Shown here: piece by piece, positions 47,787 to 56,443 of the stretch | Position numbering within the stretch: position 1 is the first letter of the stretch | Layout: each line of letters opens with the position of its first letter | NCBI GenBank assembly: GCA_944376845.1 | Contig: CALWDZ010000006.1 | Coordinates: 964 to 64,963, forward strand | DNA: 64,000 bases | Reading direction: 5' to 3' | Origin: an uncultured Clostridia bacterium | GTDB lineage: Bacteria > Bacillota > Clostridia > Christensenellales > UBA1242 | The notes under the pieces: model-generated | Told to the model about the DNA's origin: nothing | The model's database searches: none | What the model saw: only the letters and a program-made list of their open reading frames with translations | Translations under genes and position numbers: made by a program

Positions 47787-47803
47787 AATATTTTTACTAT
47801 GTT
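47787..47803 (+). repeat. Left copy of the 17-bp direct repeat AATATTTTTACTATGTT (candidate attL / target duplication)
   Basis: Exact match to 59999-60015. The next 7 nt, GTAAAGT (47804-47810), are the inverted complement of ACTTTAC (59992-59998). Confidence 0.6.
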
Positions 47804-47875
47804 GTAAAGTCAAGTAAATTTAAGCAAAAAGTTTAAAAAAATTTTTAAAAATGTAAAATAATGCTTGAATGACAC

Positions 47876-47905
47876 AAAATACCACTCTTGCAAGAGTGGT
47901 ATTTT
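47876..47905. terminator. Perfect 30-bp palindrome / bidirectional terminator
   Basis: aaaataccactcttg|caagagtggtatttt. It lies downstream of the - strand transposase gene. Confidence 0.6.
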
Positions 47906-47982
47906 GCTAAAAAGACTGAGATAAGCATATTTGTTGTAGCAAGAAAAAGCGTGCAAATGCAAGCCTATTTTACCAATATAAA

Positions 47983-49002
47983 TTATGCTATCGCTTTAAG
48001 ATAAGTATCAAATAATTGCCCTGATGTTGCATAACCTAGAACTTGACGCGGGTAATTATTTACCCAATCTTCAACTTTCTGAATATCATCAGCGGAGTAT
48101 TTAGACAAATCACGCCCTTTTGGAATAAGTCGGCGAATTTCACGATTAAGCCGTTCATTTGTGCCACGCTCACAAGAGCAATAAGGATGACAATAGTATA
48201 CACTTGTGCGTTTACTTTTTCCATAAATAGATTTCTCTAAGCCAACGAAATCAGCAAACTCACTACCATTGTCAACCGTTATAGACTTAAACACTTGTTT
48301 GAATTTTTTGCCAAAGCGTCTTTCAAGTTTGTTCAAACACTGTACAACACTTTCAGCCTTTTGATTTTCCATTTTAAAAATTATTTCTTTTCGAGTAAGA
48401 CGTTCACTCAAAACCAACAAAGCAGACTTTGTAGAACCACACACACAGTCCATTTCCCAATGCCCAAATGTTTTACGTTCTTTTATATCAATAGGGCGTT
48501 TCTCAATAGAAGTGCCTTTTGGTGCACGTTTAATTACTTTACGATAAGTTTTTTGTTTTCGTTTACCAAGTTTTAAGTTTGAAAAAATACCAATTTGAAT
48601 ATATCTATAAAGCGTTGTTTTGCTAATTGAAGTTTTAAAGTTAAGTTTATCGTGTTTAATTTGCCCAAGAACAGCACAAGCAGAAATCTTATCTTTTTTG
48701 ACACGATTTTCAACATAACGAACAAACTCAAAGTCATTACCAACTTTGAGCGGTCTACCTTTCCCAGTACATAAGTTATTATATCGTTGTTGTGCAACAT
48801 CCGCACCATAAGAAATATAATAGTCCCAAGTACTACCATTCAATTTCTTATATGCACCACGTTTTAATTCATAGTAGAGTGTACGAAGTCCAATTCCTAC
48901 AGTTGAAGCAATCTCTTTTTTATCAACTTTGGCATTCATTAGTGTTTCAATTTTAACACGCTGAGTGTATGTCAAATTTTTATGACCTTTTCTATTGTTC
49001 AT
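47983..49002 (-). CDS. IS30-family DDE transposase
   Basis: 339 aa. N-terminal HTH (..RTLYYELKRG..) and a DDE core with 'HWEMDCV', 'ITVDNGSEF' and 'YYCHPYCSCERGTNERLNREIRRLIPKG', the IS30 signature spacing. Confidence 0.9.
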   Translation of the reverse strand: MNNRKGHKNLTYTQRVKIETLMNAKVDKKEIASTVGIGLRTLYYELKRGAYKKLNGSTWDYYISYGADVAQQRYNNLCTGKGRPLKVGNDFEFVRYVENRVKKDKISACAVLGQIKHDKLNFKTSISKTTLYRYIQIGIFSNLKLGKRKQKTYRKVIKRAPKGTSIEKRPIDIKERKTFGHWEMDCVCGSTKSALLVLSERLTRKEIIFKMENQKAESVVQCLNKLERRFGKKFKQVFKSITVDNGSEFADFVGLEKSIYGKSKRTSVYYCHPYCSCERGTNERLNREIRRLIPKGRDLSKYSADDIQKVEDWVNNYPRQVLGYATSGQLFDTYLKAIA

Positions 49003-49090
49003 TGTTATGTTCTCCTAAAAATAAAATAACATAAAAAATTTTACAAATCAAACAGGTTATTGTACAATATTTGACAAGGAGATATAAAAA

Positions 49091-49837
49091 ATGGCAGAGA
49101 AACAAAACGACAAACATACCTGTATTTTATGTGGGAAAAAAATAAGAAGTAATTATACATATTGTAAAGATTGCTATTACAATGTTCAAGAGAGAATACT
49201 AGAACTAGACGGACAAAATCAATCACCAATAAAATTAAGAGATTATTACTATAATGCAAAAGACTATGCACTAAGAACAAATAACGAAAACAAAGTTTAT
49301 TACCAAAAACTAACAATGTCTGCGATAGCAAATCTCTTAGTAGAAGTAAGTGATGATGACGATTTGAAATGCAGATTAGAAAAAGACTTCAAAACAATAG
49401 ATAAAAGTATCGTTGAAAAACAACAAAGACCACAAACAAAAGAAAAAATTAATATTGAAACAAAAGAACAGCCAAATAAAAGGACACAAGATGGACACTA
49501 TGTGATGAGCGACCTAGAAGTACGAGTTGATGACGCTATCTACAGTTTAGGCTACGCACACGCCTACGACATTAAAGTCGCAGAAATAACAGAACGTGCC
49601 GTTCAATGTGATTGGTATATACCTGTAACATTTACTGACGGAATATATATTGAATTATGGGGAGTCAACAATGACAGTAAATACGAAAGGAATAAAGAAG
49701 AAAAAATTGAATTGTACCAAAAACACAAACTTCACCTAATACAAATAGAATACGATGAAGCAAAAAACGATACGTCCAGACTGATGAGTATGTTAAAAGC
49801 CAGAATAAAAGAAGAAATAAACGAAATAAAAAAGTGA
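49091..49837 (+). CDS. Zinc-ribbon protein with a C-terminal PD-(D/E)xK-nuclease-like domain (putative)
   Basis: 248 aa. N-terminal 'CILCGKKI....CKDCYY'. The C-terminus '..SDLEVRVDDAIYSLGY....CDWYIP....GIYIELWGV....Y..NKEEKIELYQKHKLHLIQIE' resembles the S..E / D-(F/W)-Y / E-x-W-G nuclease pattern. GGAGAT RBS. Confidence 0.45.
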   Translation: MAEKQNDKHTCILCGKKIRSNYTYCKDCYYNVQERILELDGQNQSPIKLRDYYYNAKDYALRTNNENKVYYQKLTMSAIANLLVEVSDDDDLKCRLEKDFKTIDKSIVEKQQRPQTKEKINIETKEQPNKRTQDGHYVMSDLEVRVDDAIYSLGYAHAYDIKVAEITERAVQCDWYIPVTFTDGIYIELWGVNNDSKYERNKEEKIELYQKHKLHLIQIEYDEAKNDTSRLMSMLKARIKEEINEIKK

Positions 49838-49858
49838 TAAACTATGCTTAAGAGTATT

Positions 49859-49917
49859 AGGCGACCCCTTGTCATATAACAAGTGCCACGCGGTGCGTGG
49901 CAGACAAGGGGTCGCCT
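49859..49917. other. GC-rich two-tier stem-loop (candidate origin / recombination site)
   Basis: Perfect 15-bp outer stem aggcgaccccttgtc / gacaaggggtcgcct (49859-49873 / 49903-49917). It encloses atataacaag plus a perfect 8-bp inner hairpin tgccacgc-ggt-gcgtggca (49884-49902). There is no adjacent U-tract. Confidence 0.6.
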
Positions 49918-49952
49918 TTGCACAAGCAGAATTGAGCCCAAAAACAAAAAAG

Positions 49953-49999
49953 AAAGGGGTGTTCACACTAAACCGTTTGTGAAACACCCCTTTTTTAAT
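49953..49999. terminator. Bidirectional terminator between the nuclease-like gene and Rep
   Basis: Hairpin aaaggggtgttcaca / tgtgaaacacccctttt with T-runs on both strands. Confidence 0.6.
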
Positions 50000-50098
50000 C
50001 TTTATTTTAAATTTTTTCACACTCAAAAGAAATGGCAAAAACACCTATTAAAAATAGGCGTCATACCTTTAAACAACATAAAAGTTTATACAAAAAAA

Positions 50099-51082
50099 TT
50101 AAACCGCTATTCCATAATCATATAAAGTTTGTTGTCTATACTTATACCGAATATGCAAAATATCTCGTTCGTAATCTATCACATCATCAAATAACACAAA
50201 TTTCAAAACAAAGTCCTGCATTACAGTTGCAACATCACTATGATGTAATTTCAAGATAACACAATCTGGTATTCCACGACTATACAATATTTTTTCATTA
50301 GTTTTAGAAATGTATTTAGTAATATAGTCAATAGCGTTACCATTTTTTACTTCAAATTCACTCAATTGAGCAAAATCATTACGCCCAAAAGCATCAGCAA
50401 AAAAGGTGTTTTGATGTGTAATTTGCATTTTGTGTTGTGCAGTAGAATAGTCTTTACATTCTTCAATTTGTCCAACCATTTCATCCTTTGGAATATACAT
50501 TAAAGCGTGAAAATGTAAACGCTTTGTTTCAGGAGCATACTCAAAAACACCCATATACTTCCAACCACGACGAGTATGGAAGTTTGAGAGTGTTCGTTTT
50601 AGTTTCTGACGAAAAGAAATGGCGTCGTGCTTTTTATTATCATAAGTAATTGTTACAAAATGTGTCCATTTATTCAAGCGTGCTTTTCTTCGAAAAAGTT
50701 TAAGGCGTTTATGCAAATTAGAAATCTTTCTGTCAATACCAGTTTGGACATAATTGTCAATATCGTCAATCTGCCCAAATTCATCAATAATAGTGTCTTT
50801 CACGAACTCAAACATATTTTTACGTAAAACGCCACTTTTGATTGCAGTAAAATAAACATAATCAAAAAAGTAGTCCAATTTGCTCTTCATTTTCTTTCTA
50901 GGTAACACTGACTGATATTTCTTAAGCACACTTGCAACATAATGTCCACCGTCATTGTATACTTTGAAATATTGCTCTTCGTTGACTTTACGGTTGTTAT
51001 CATAAAAAACACCACTATCAGTGAAGTAAGAATACATATTATCAAAAGGTGTCAATTCAAAACTTCTTGCACAACCTTGCAT
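50099..51082 (-). CDS. HUH-superfamily rolling-circle replication initiator (two-tyrosine type)
   Basis: 327 aa. Motif I 'HFVTITYD', motif II 'RLHFHALMYIP' (H-u-H) and motif III 'IDYITKYISKT' (Y-x-x-K-Y-x-x-K, like phiX174 gpA-type Reps), in canonical order and spacing. Confidence 0.75.
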   Translation of the reverse strand: MQGCARSFELTPFDNMYSYFTDSGVFYDNNRKVNEEQYFKVYNDGGHYVASVLKKYQSVLPRKKMKSKLDYFFDYVYFTAIKSGVLRKNMFEFVKDTIIDEFGQIDDIDNYVQTGIDRKISNLHKRLKLFRRKARLNKWTHFVTITYDNKKHDAISFRQKLKRTLSNFHTRRGWKYMGVFEYAPETKRLHFHALMYIPKDEMVGQIEECKDYSTAQHKMQITHQNTFFADAFGRNDFAQLSEFEVKNGNAIDYITKYISKTNEKILYSRGIPDCVILKLHHSDVATVMQDFVLKFVLFDDVIDYERDILHIRYKYRQQTLYDYGIAV

Positions 51083-51146
51083 AAAAACTCCTATTTAGAA
51101 ACAAAAATTAGGTTAAATGGTGTCTAAAAAGACACCATTACCCAAA

Positions 51147-53795
51147 CTAATTTTTAACAACTTCGAATTCTATCATCTCTAATTGATAATTATCGCCGTA
51201 ATCTTTTTCTCCGCCAGTTTGTTCACCAGAAATACTTACATATTCCCAACTATCAGAAGTTTCATTGTATTGAAAAATGATATTAAAATTAAACGAACCG
51301 TATAATGTAGAACCAACTAAACCAACATTATTGGGATGAGAATAAGCAAATACATATACAATTTGATTATTTTCATTCATAGTCAACTCATCATATGTAT
51401 CATCAAAAAGTACAGTTTCAATCTTCGCAACTTTGTCATTAAAAACTTCCAAAGTAAAATTTTTAGTTAAAGCAACATCTAGGGTTTCGGCACCACCACT
51501 CGATGTAATTCTAAAAGACATAGAAACATCATAAGAAGAAAATTCATCCAAAATTATACCATCGGTATTAGCCTCACGATTAAACGTAGCAACATATGAA
51601 GTAGCATCATTTCCAATAGTAATTGTATAACGTAAACGCCAACAATCATTAAAAACACTGTAAATCATTTCAGTATAGTTATAAGTTACATTATTTGCAC
51701 TTGAAAAATCTGCATTCATAGATATAGTATCAACATCTTGAACATTTACAGATTGATAACCAGCAAAAGTTGTATAATATGGAGACGAACTTGTTATATT
51801 CCCATTTTCATCAATATAAAATTGTTTCATACTTGAAGGGAAAATTAGAGTATCGTCAGTTACAAAATAACCAGAATACAAATACTCAAATTTTGCGTAG
51901 TATGTTCTATCGGTATTTATTTTCAATTCCGAAAGTTCTTCATTGGTATAAACATTATTATAATTCTTATTCTGCCAACCTACAAAACGCATAAGTGTAG
52001 GTGTTGAAACTTCTGGAATAGTTACATAAGGTGTATCTTTTGGAACTATAACAGTCGAAATTAAATCAACTTCAGAATTATAGAAAGACACAACATATTC
52101 AACCTGTTCATAATATGATATAAAGGAAACATTGGAAGTAACAACATAAGTAGATAAATCTACTTGCTGTGGTATTAAACCAGAAGTTTGCCAATACTTA
52201 AACTCATAATGTTCTTTTGTTGGTATATCAAAATCTAAATCGCCAACAACTTCACCATAATTGACTTGTTTTGTACCAATAATTTGACCCATTATCCACG
52301 ATGTAGTAAATGTAACTGTAAATGTCTGTATCTCATATTTTGCCACAAATGTCACACTACTATTTACTTGATAAGTCGAAAAATCAATTATATCAGTACC
52401 ATTTATTGTCCAGCCCAAGAAATCGTAACCAGTTTTTGCAGGGGCAACCTGTTCAGTGACATAAGAACCCTGTTTTAATATTTCTGTATAGATATCTTCA
52501 TCATCAACACTAAAAACAACATCATAATAGTAGGTTATATCTGCAACAAAAGTTGTATCTGCCCAAATACGCTGAGAAGAAATATCTACCAAACTACCAC
52601 TAAGTGTCCAGCCATTGAATACTTTGTATGTAGTATCTTCAATATCAACATCCGTTGCATATTCGCCATTTCTAACTTGCTGTGTTTCCTTAACTCCGTT
52701 TTCATACATAAACGTTACCGTATGAAGTTTAGTAAATACTGGAAGATATGTGGTGTCTGAAGTAATAGCCTTAGAAGAAACATCTACAACATTAACACCG
52801 TCCAATGACCAACCGTCAAACTCATAACCAGCCTTTGATGGTGTACTTGGAAGTGTTGCAAAACCATTTTCAACTACTATTTGACTGTCATATTCTGCGT
52901 TATCTACCATAAATTTAACATCATATTTCTTTGTTACGTTAGCAACAAATGTTGTATTCTCAGAAACTTGATAAGTAGACAAATCAACCCGTTCACCATT
53001 TACAGTCCAGTAATTAAAAATCACATACTCTGTAGATGTTGGCTCAGTTACAGTAACAGTAGAGTTTTTGTCTACAATTTGAATGTTATATAACACACCG
53101 TTAAAGTCAAAACGTGCAACAACCTTGCCTTCAAAAACGATGTCTGAGATAAAATCATCATAATAAGCCAAAGCCTTTTCTAATTCATCAATTCTTTGAT
53201 TTAAGTCAACTATAGTTGACGCATTACTTTGAACCAAAGCACTCATTTCAGATATTTGAGAGTTCAAGGTCTTAATTTGACTTTGCAAAATATCTATAGT
53301 ATCAATATTATTCTTAATAACGGTTTGTAACTCACTGTTTACATTACGCAAATCAGAAATTATACCATTCAAGTTCAATATTTGCTCAGCAAAACTACCA
53401 TTACTATTTTCCAAATTTTTTATCTGGACTTCAAGCGAAGAAATAGTACTTTCATTGTCTTTAATAGTCTTTTCATTATCAGCATTTATTTGTGTCAAAT
53501 TATCAACTTGCTGTTGAAGTGAAGACTTATCAGACTCTAAACTTTCAATTTGTTTTTGCTTTGTATCATTATCTTGCGTTAATGTATCAACTTGACTTTT
53601 TAAACTATTTAGAAGTTCATCATTCTTTATGGCGTCATTATAACCTTCATTATACTTGTCTTCTAAATCCTGCTGAGTGTATAAATTTTCCGTATCACTA
53701 ACTTGAAACGCCAAAGGAAGAGCCAAGCAAAGCATTAAAACTAAAATGACAATAATAAAAACAAATTTACTAGAACTTTTAGTTTTATTCTTCAT
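51147..53795 (-). CDS. Secreted/anchored 882-aa protein: signal anchor, ~170-aa coiled coil, six Listeria-Bacteroides-type (Flg_new) repeats, unique C-terminal domain
   Basis: N-terminal 'FVFIIVILVLMLCLALPLAF', heptad-rich region 40-210, six ~70-aa repeats ending in '(G)Y.F.GW......vd.s...v....tf.a.y', and a ~270-aa C-terminus with no motif I recognise. Confidence 0.7.
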   Translation of the reverse strand: MKNKTKSSSKFVFIIVILVLMLCLALPLAFQVSDTENLYTQQDLEDKYNEGYNDAIKNDELLNSLKSQVDTLTQDNDTKQKQIESLESDKSSLQQQVDNLTQINADNEKTIKDNESTISSLEVQIKNLENSNGSFAEQILNLNGIISDLRNVNSELQTVIKNNIDTIDILQSQIKTLNSQISEMSALVQSNASTIVDLNQRIDELEKALAYYDDFISDIVFEGKVVARFDFNGVLYNIQIVDKNSTVTVTEPTSTEYVIFNYWTVNGERVDLSTYQVSENTTFVANVTKKYDVKFMVDNAEYDSQIVVENGFATLPSTPSKAGYEFDGWSLDGVNVVDVSSKAITSDTTYLPVFTKLHTVTFMYENGVKETQQVRNGEYATDVDIEDTTYKVFNGWTLSGSLVDISSQRIWADTTFVADITYYYDVVFSVDDEDIYTEILKQGSYVTEQVAPAKTGYDFLGWTINGTDIIDFSTYQVNSSVTFVAKYEIQTFTVTFTTSWIMGQIIGTKQVNYGEVVGDLDFDIPTKEHYEFKYWQTSGLIPQQVDLSTYVVTSNVSFISYYEQVEYVVSFYNSEVDLISTVIVPKDTPYVTIPEVSTPTLMRFVGWQNKNYNNVYTNEELSELKINTDRTYYAKFEYLYSGYFVTDDTLIFPSSMKQFYIDENGNITSSSPYYTTFAGYQSVNVQDVDTISMNADFSSANNVTYNYTEMIYSVFNDCWRLRYTITIGNDATSYVATFNREANTDGIILDEFSSYDVSMSFRITSSGGAETLDVALTKNFTLEVFNDKVAKIETVLFDDTYDELTMNENNQIVYVFAYSHPNNVGLVGSTLYGSFNFNIIFQYNETSDSWEYVSISGEQTGGEKDYGDNYQLEMIEFEVVKN

Positions 53796-53797
53796 TT

Positions 53798-56002
53798 TTA
53801 CTCCTTTTTATTTTTCTCATTCAATTCGCTTACAAAATAACTATTTTGCATTTTAAGTTCATCAAAACTAGCCTTTTCGGTGATATATTCGGGTAAATCA
53901 CCAATACCCACACTTGAACGCAAAGACTTTAAATTAAAGTAATCACTAAAACAGTCAGTAGAAAAGCGTTTACTATATATCTTTTTGTTCATTAAATAAT
54001 ATTTTTTATCATCCACAGCACTATCTTGAGTACCTTTTTCAACTTGCAAATTAAGTACAGAATAACCAAAAATGTTATGAATGTTTGTATAATGTTTAAA
54101 AAAGAAATTGACAATTTGTTTTATTAAATAAATAGGGAGAGAGTTATCACCACGATTATATCTATACTTAACATACAAATTTTGAAATTTATCAATAACA
54201 AAACCATAAACAAGTTCAAACAATGAAAATAATGGCATTGCCAAACGCTCATCGCCAGTACTTTCAATATGGACAATATCAAGCAAATCACGAGCGTCAG
54301 CACCCCAACTTTCAGGTCGTTGTTCATCTGTAATCACTTTTACAAAAGGGAAATAGTCTACTGTTGCTGAGTGCCTAACCATTTTAAGCCAGTCATTAAA
54401 ACCATCATTTTTTTGATTAGTAATATCTTCATTCTTTTTTATTTCTTTAAGTTCAAGATTATTTTTTCGTTCTTTGCCTATCTCTGTTATATTCACAACG
54501 CCAAATTCAAAACTATCTTTATTGATATTGTCCGCAATAAGTTTTTTACCAAGTCGCAGACTATCGAAGTCCAAAATATGTGAGTGTCTTGAAAAACTAT
54601 CTATAAATCTACTATCTCGTTTAAAAAAATCTTCATTCCAAACGGGAAAATTACCAATGTCATCAATTAAATTGTCTACACGAATTGAATAGTTTGACAA
54701 AATCAAACTACTTTGAACTATGTAAATAAAGTATAATTGAGAATATGTTTCCAGCACATCCCAAATATTAGTCATTTTGAGTTTGTCATCATACCAAACA
54801 CCGTAGAGTGTGAATTCGTAATCAAAGATAAAATTTTTAAAGTTATACCCAAACAACTTTTTTAAGTGCCTTAAACAAGATTTTTCAACTGCGATATCTT
54901 GCGTTTGAATACTCCAAAAATATTCAATATGCTGAATAAACTTTCTGCAAGTCGCCAAATTATATATCAGGTGTCTATTTATTGCTTGTTTTAAAGTATT
55001 TTCTAAGTTTACCCACGGGAAATTTGGAAACTTCAAATCATTCAAAAGTAGTTTTTCAAATGCTTTATCTCTAAACATACACTCTTGACTAAGCGACATA
55101 TCTGTAATAACCGTTGTTTTCTTTTTGCCCATTGTTCCACAAACCATAAGCACAATAGGGCGTTCATTTATAAAACCACAGTTCCTACGCTCAAAATGGT
55201 GCAATCGTGCATAACCAATTTTTCTACACATTTTGTATACAATCACACAAATTATTAAAAGCCAAACTGGAAGTGGCACAGTGGCAAACATTACGCTTAA
55301 ATCACAAAATAATTTATAAATTTGTATATAAATATTTGAAATATCAAATGACAAAACAAAGTACAAATAAAATGCAATAAATTCAATTATTATTGAAAAT
55401 ATATTAAAATTAAAAGCAAAGATAACTAGCCATATTGTAATAAAATGTGAATTTTTCAAATACTGCCAAAATGTTAAACTCCAATTTTTTATAGGCATTA
55501 CAACACTAGACAAAAATTTTTTATAGCACTTCAAAGGTTTTGTATCTTTGTTGTAATCATTGTTTTGTACAGTCATATATCTACGAAAATAAACATACAA
55601 TAGCAAAACAGCAGGCATTCCAACAAGAAGTAGTATTTTTGAAAAAGATAACAAAGCATTGCCTATAAAATTAAAATATGCTTGTAAATTGTTTAGTGTA
55701 AAAAATGTATTCCAATAATTTGACCAAGCAAGTGTAAACTCTTCCCAAGTTGCAGGCAAATTCAAAAATGGCGTAAATGGTATAGAACTAAGATTTGTTA
55801 CAGTAATATCAATGTTAGCATCAATACCAAACAAAGTACAAAAATAATATTTTATACTATTCCAAAGGTCAACAAAACTTTCACCAATTCGAATAAATGC
55901 ACTAGGGAAGAACAATACAGAAACGATTACAAAACACGCAGTAATAACAAGACATATATAAAATCTATAATCAATGCTTTTTATCTTTTCCCAAACTTTC
56001 AT
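53798..56002 (-). CDS. Polytopic membrane protein (about 7-8 TM) fused to a cytoplasmic P-loop-like NTPase domain
   Basis: 734 aa. The N-terminal 260 aa are hydrophobic, followed by 'RPIVLMVCGTMGKKKTTV', a deviant Walker A (G-x-x-G-K-K-K-T). AGGTG RBS. It starts 9 nt after the upstream small ORF. Confidence 0.6.
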   Translation of the reverse strand: MKVWEKIKSIDYRFYICLVITACFVIVSVLFFPSAFIRIGESFVDLWNSIKYYFCTLFGIDANIDITVTNLSSIPFTPFLNLPATWEEFTLAWSNYWNTFFTLNNLQAYFNFIGNALLSFSKILLLVGMPAVLLLYVYFRRYMTVQNNDYNKDTKPLKCYKKFLSSVVMPIKNWSLTFWQYLKNSHFITIWLVIFAFNFNIFSIIIEFIAFYLYFVLSFDISNIYIQIYKLFCDLSVMFATVPLPVWLLIICVIVYKMCRKIGYARLHHFERRNCGFINERPIVLMVCGTMGKKKTTVITDMSLSQECMFRDKAFEKLLLNDLKFPNFPWVNLENTLKQAINRHLIYNLATCRKFIQHIEYFWSIQTQDIAVEKSCLRHLKKLFGYNFKNFIFDYEFTLYGVWYDDKLKMTNIWDVLETYSQLYFIYIVQSSLILSNYSIRVDNLIDDIGNFPVWNEDFFKRDSRFIDSFSRHSHILDFDSLRLGKKLIADNINKDSFEFGVVNITEIGKERKNNLELKEIKKNEDITNQKNDGFNDWLKMVRHSATVDYFPFVKVITDEQRPESWGADARDLLDIVHIESTGDERLAMPLFSLFELVYGFVIDKFQNLYVKYRYNRGDNSLPIYLIKQIVNFFFKHYTNIHNIFGYSVLNLQVEKGTQDSAVDDKKYYLMNKKIYSKRFSTDCFSDYFNLKSLRSSVGIGDLPEYITEKASFDELKMQNSYFVSELNEKNKKE

Positions 56003-56010
56003 AACAACAC

Positions 56011-56100
56011 CTATTTACCAATAGTGAATATAAAATAACCAACAACAAGCAAAACAAATATACCTAAAATAACCTTTAAAACTAACTTAAACTTTTTCAT
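56011..56100 (-). CDS. 29-aa single-TM peptide (below the ORF-track cutoff)
   Basis: The manual translation is MKKFKLVLKVILGIFVLLVVGYFIFTIGK. Its ATG overlaps the upstream TGA (ATGA coupling). Confidence 0.4.
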   Translation of the reverse strand: MKKFKLVLKVILGIFVLLVVGYFIFTIGK

Positions 56101-56345
56101 ACTTTGCCTTTACAAAAACGTTGCAACTTTTCTTTTTTACTCTTGTCATACTTTTTAAAAAGTTTTCCACCTTTTAAAAACCCATTTAAAAAACTTGCAG
56201 TTTCTTTTTCATTTTTTAAACTTACAAACTCTTTTTCAGAATAACCGTCAAAGTATGAAGAACCAGTTATTCCAACACCAAAGCCTTTATAATACGCTCG
56301 TTTTTCTTTTGAAGAGTATTGTTTCTTAGATTTTGCCATTTCCAC
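56097..56345 (-). CDS. Small basic protein (82 aa)
   Basis: Lys-rich ORF in the operon with a GGAGTG RBS. No recognisable motif. Confidence 0.45.
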   Translation of the reverse strand: MEMAKSKKQYSSKEKRAYYKGFGVGITGSSYFDGYSEKEFVSLKNEKETASFLNGFLKGGKLFKKYDKSKKEKLQRFCKGKV

Positions 56346-56443
56346 TCCTAATTATTTAAAAACTTTGTTAAAAACATTGACTTTTATTTTAAAATAAATA
56401 TACTAATTATAGTCGGTTAGATAAACAGCCTTAATTGAGCAGT

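Noticed and set aside
47805-49090. Terminal inverted repeats for a stand-alone IS30 element
   Set aside because: By-eye comparison of the 180 bp downstream and 88 bp upstream of the transposase ORF found only an 8-mer (tgtaaaat) in common. That is not enough to call IS boundaries, so no separate IS feature is reported.
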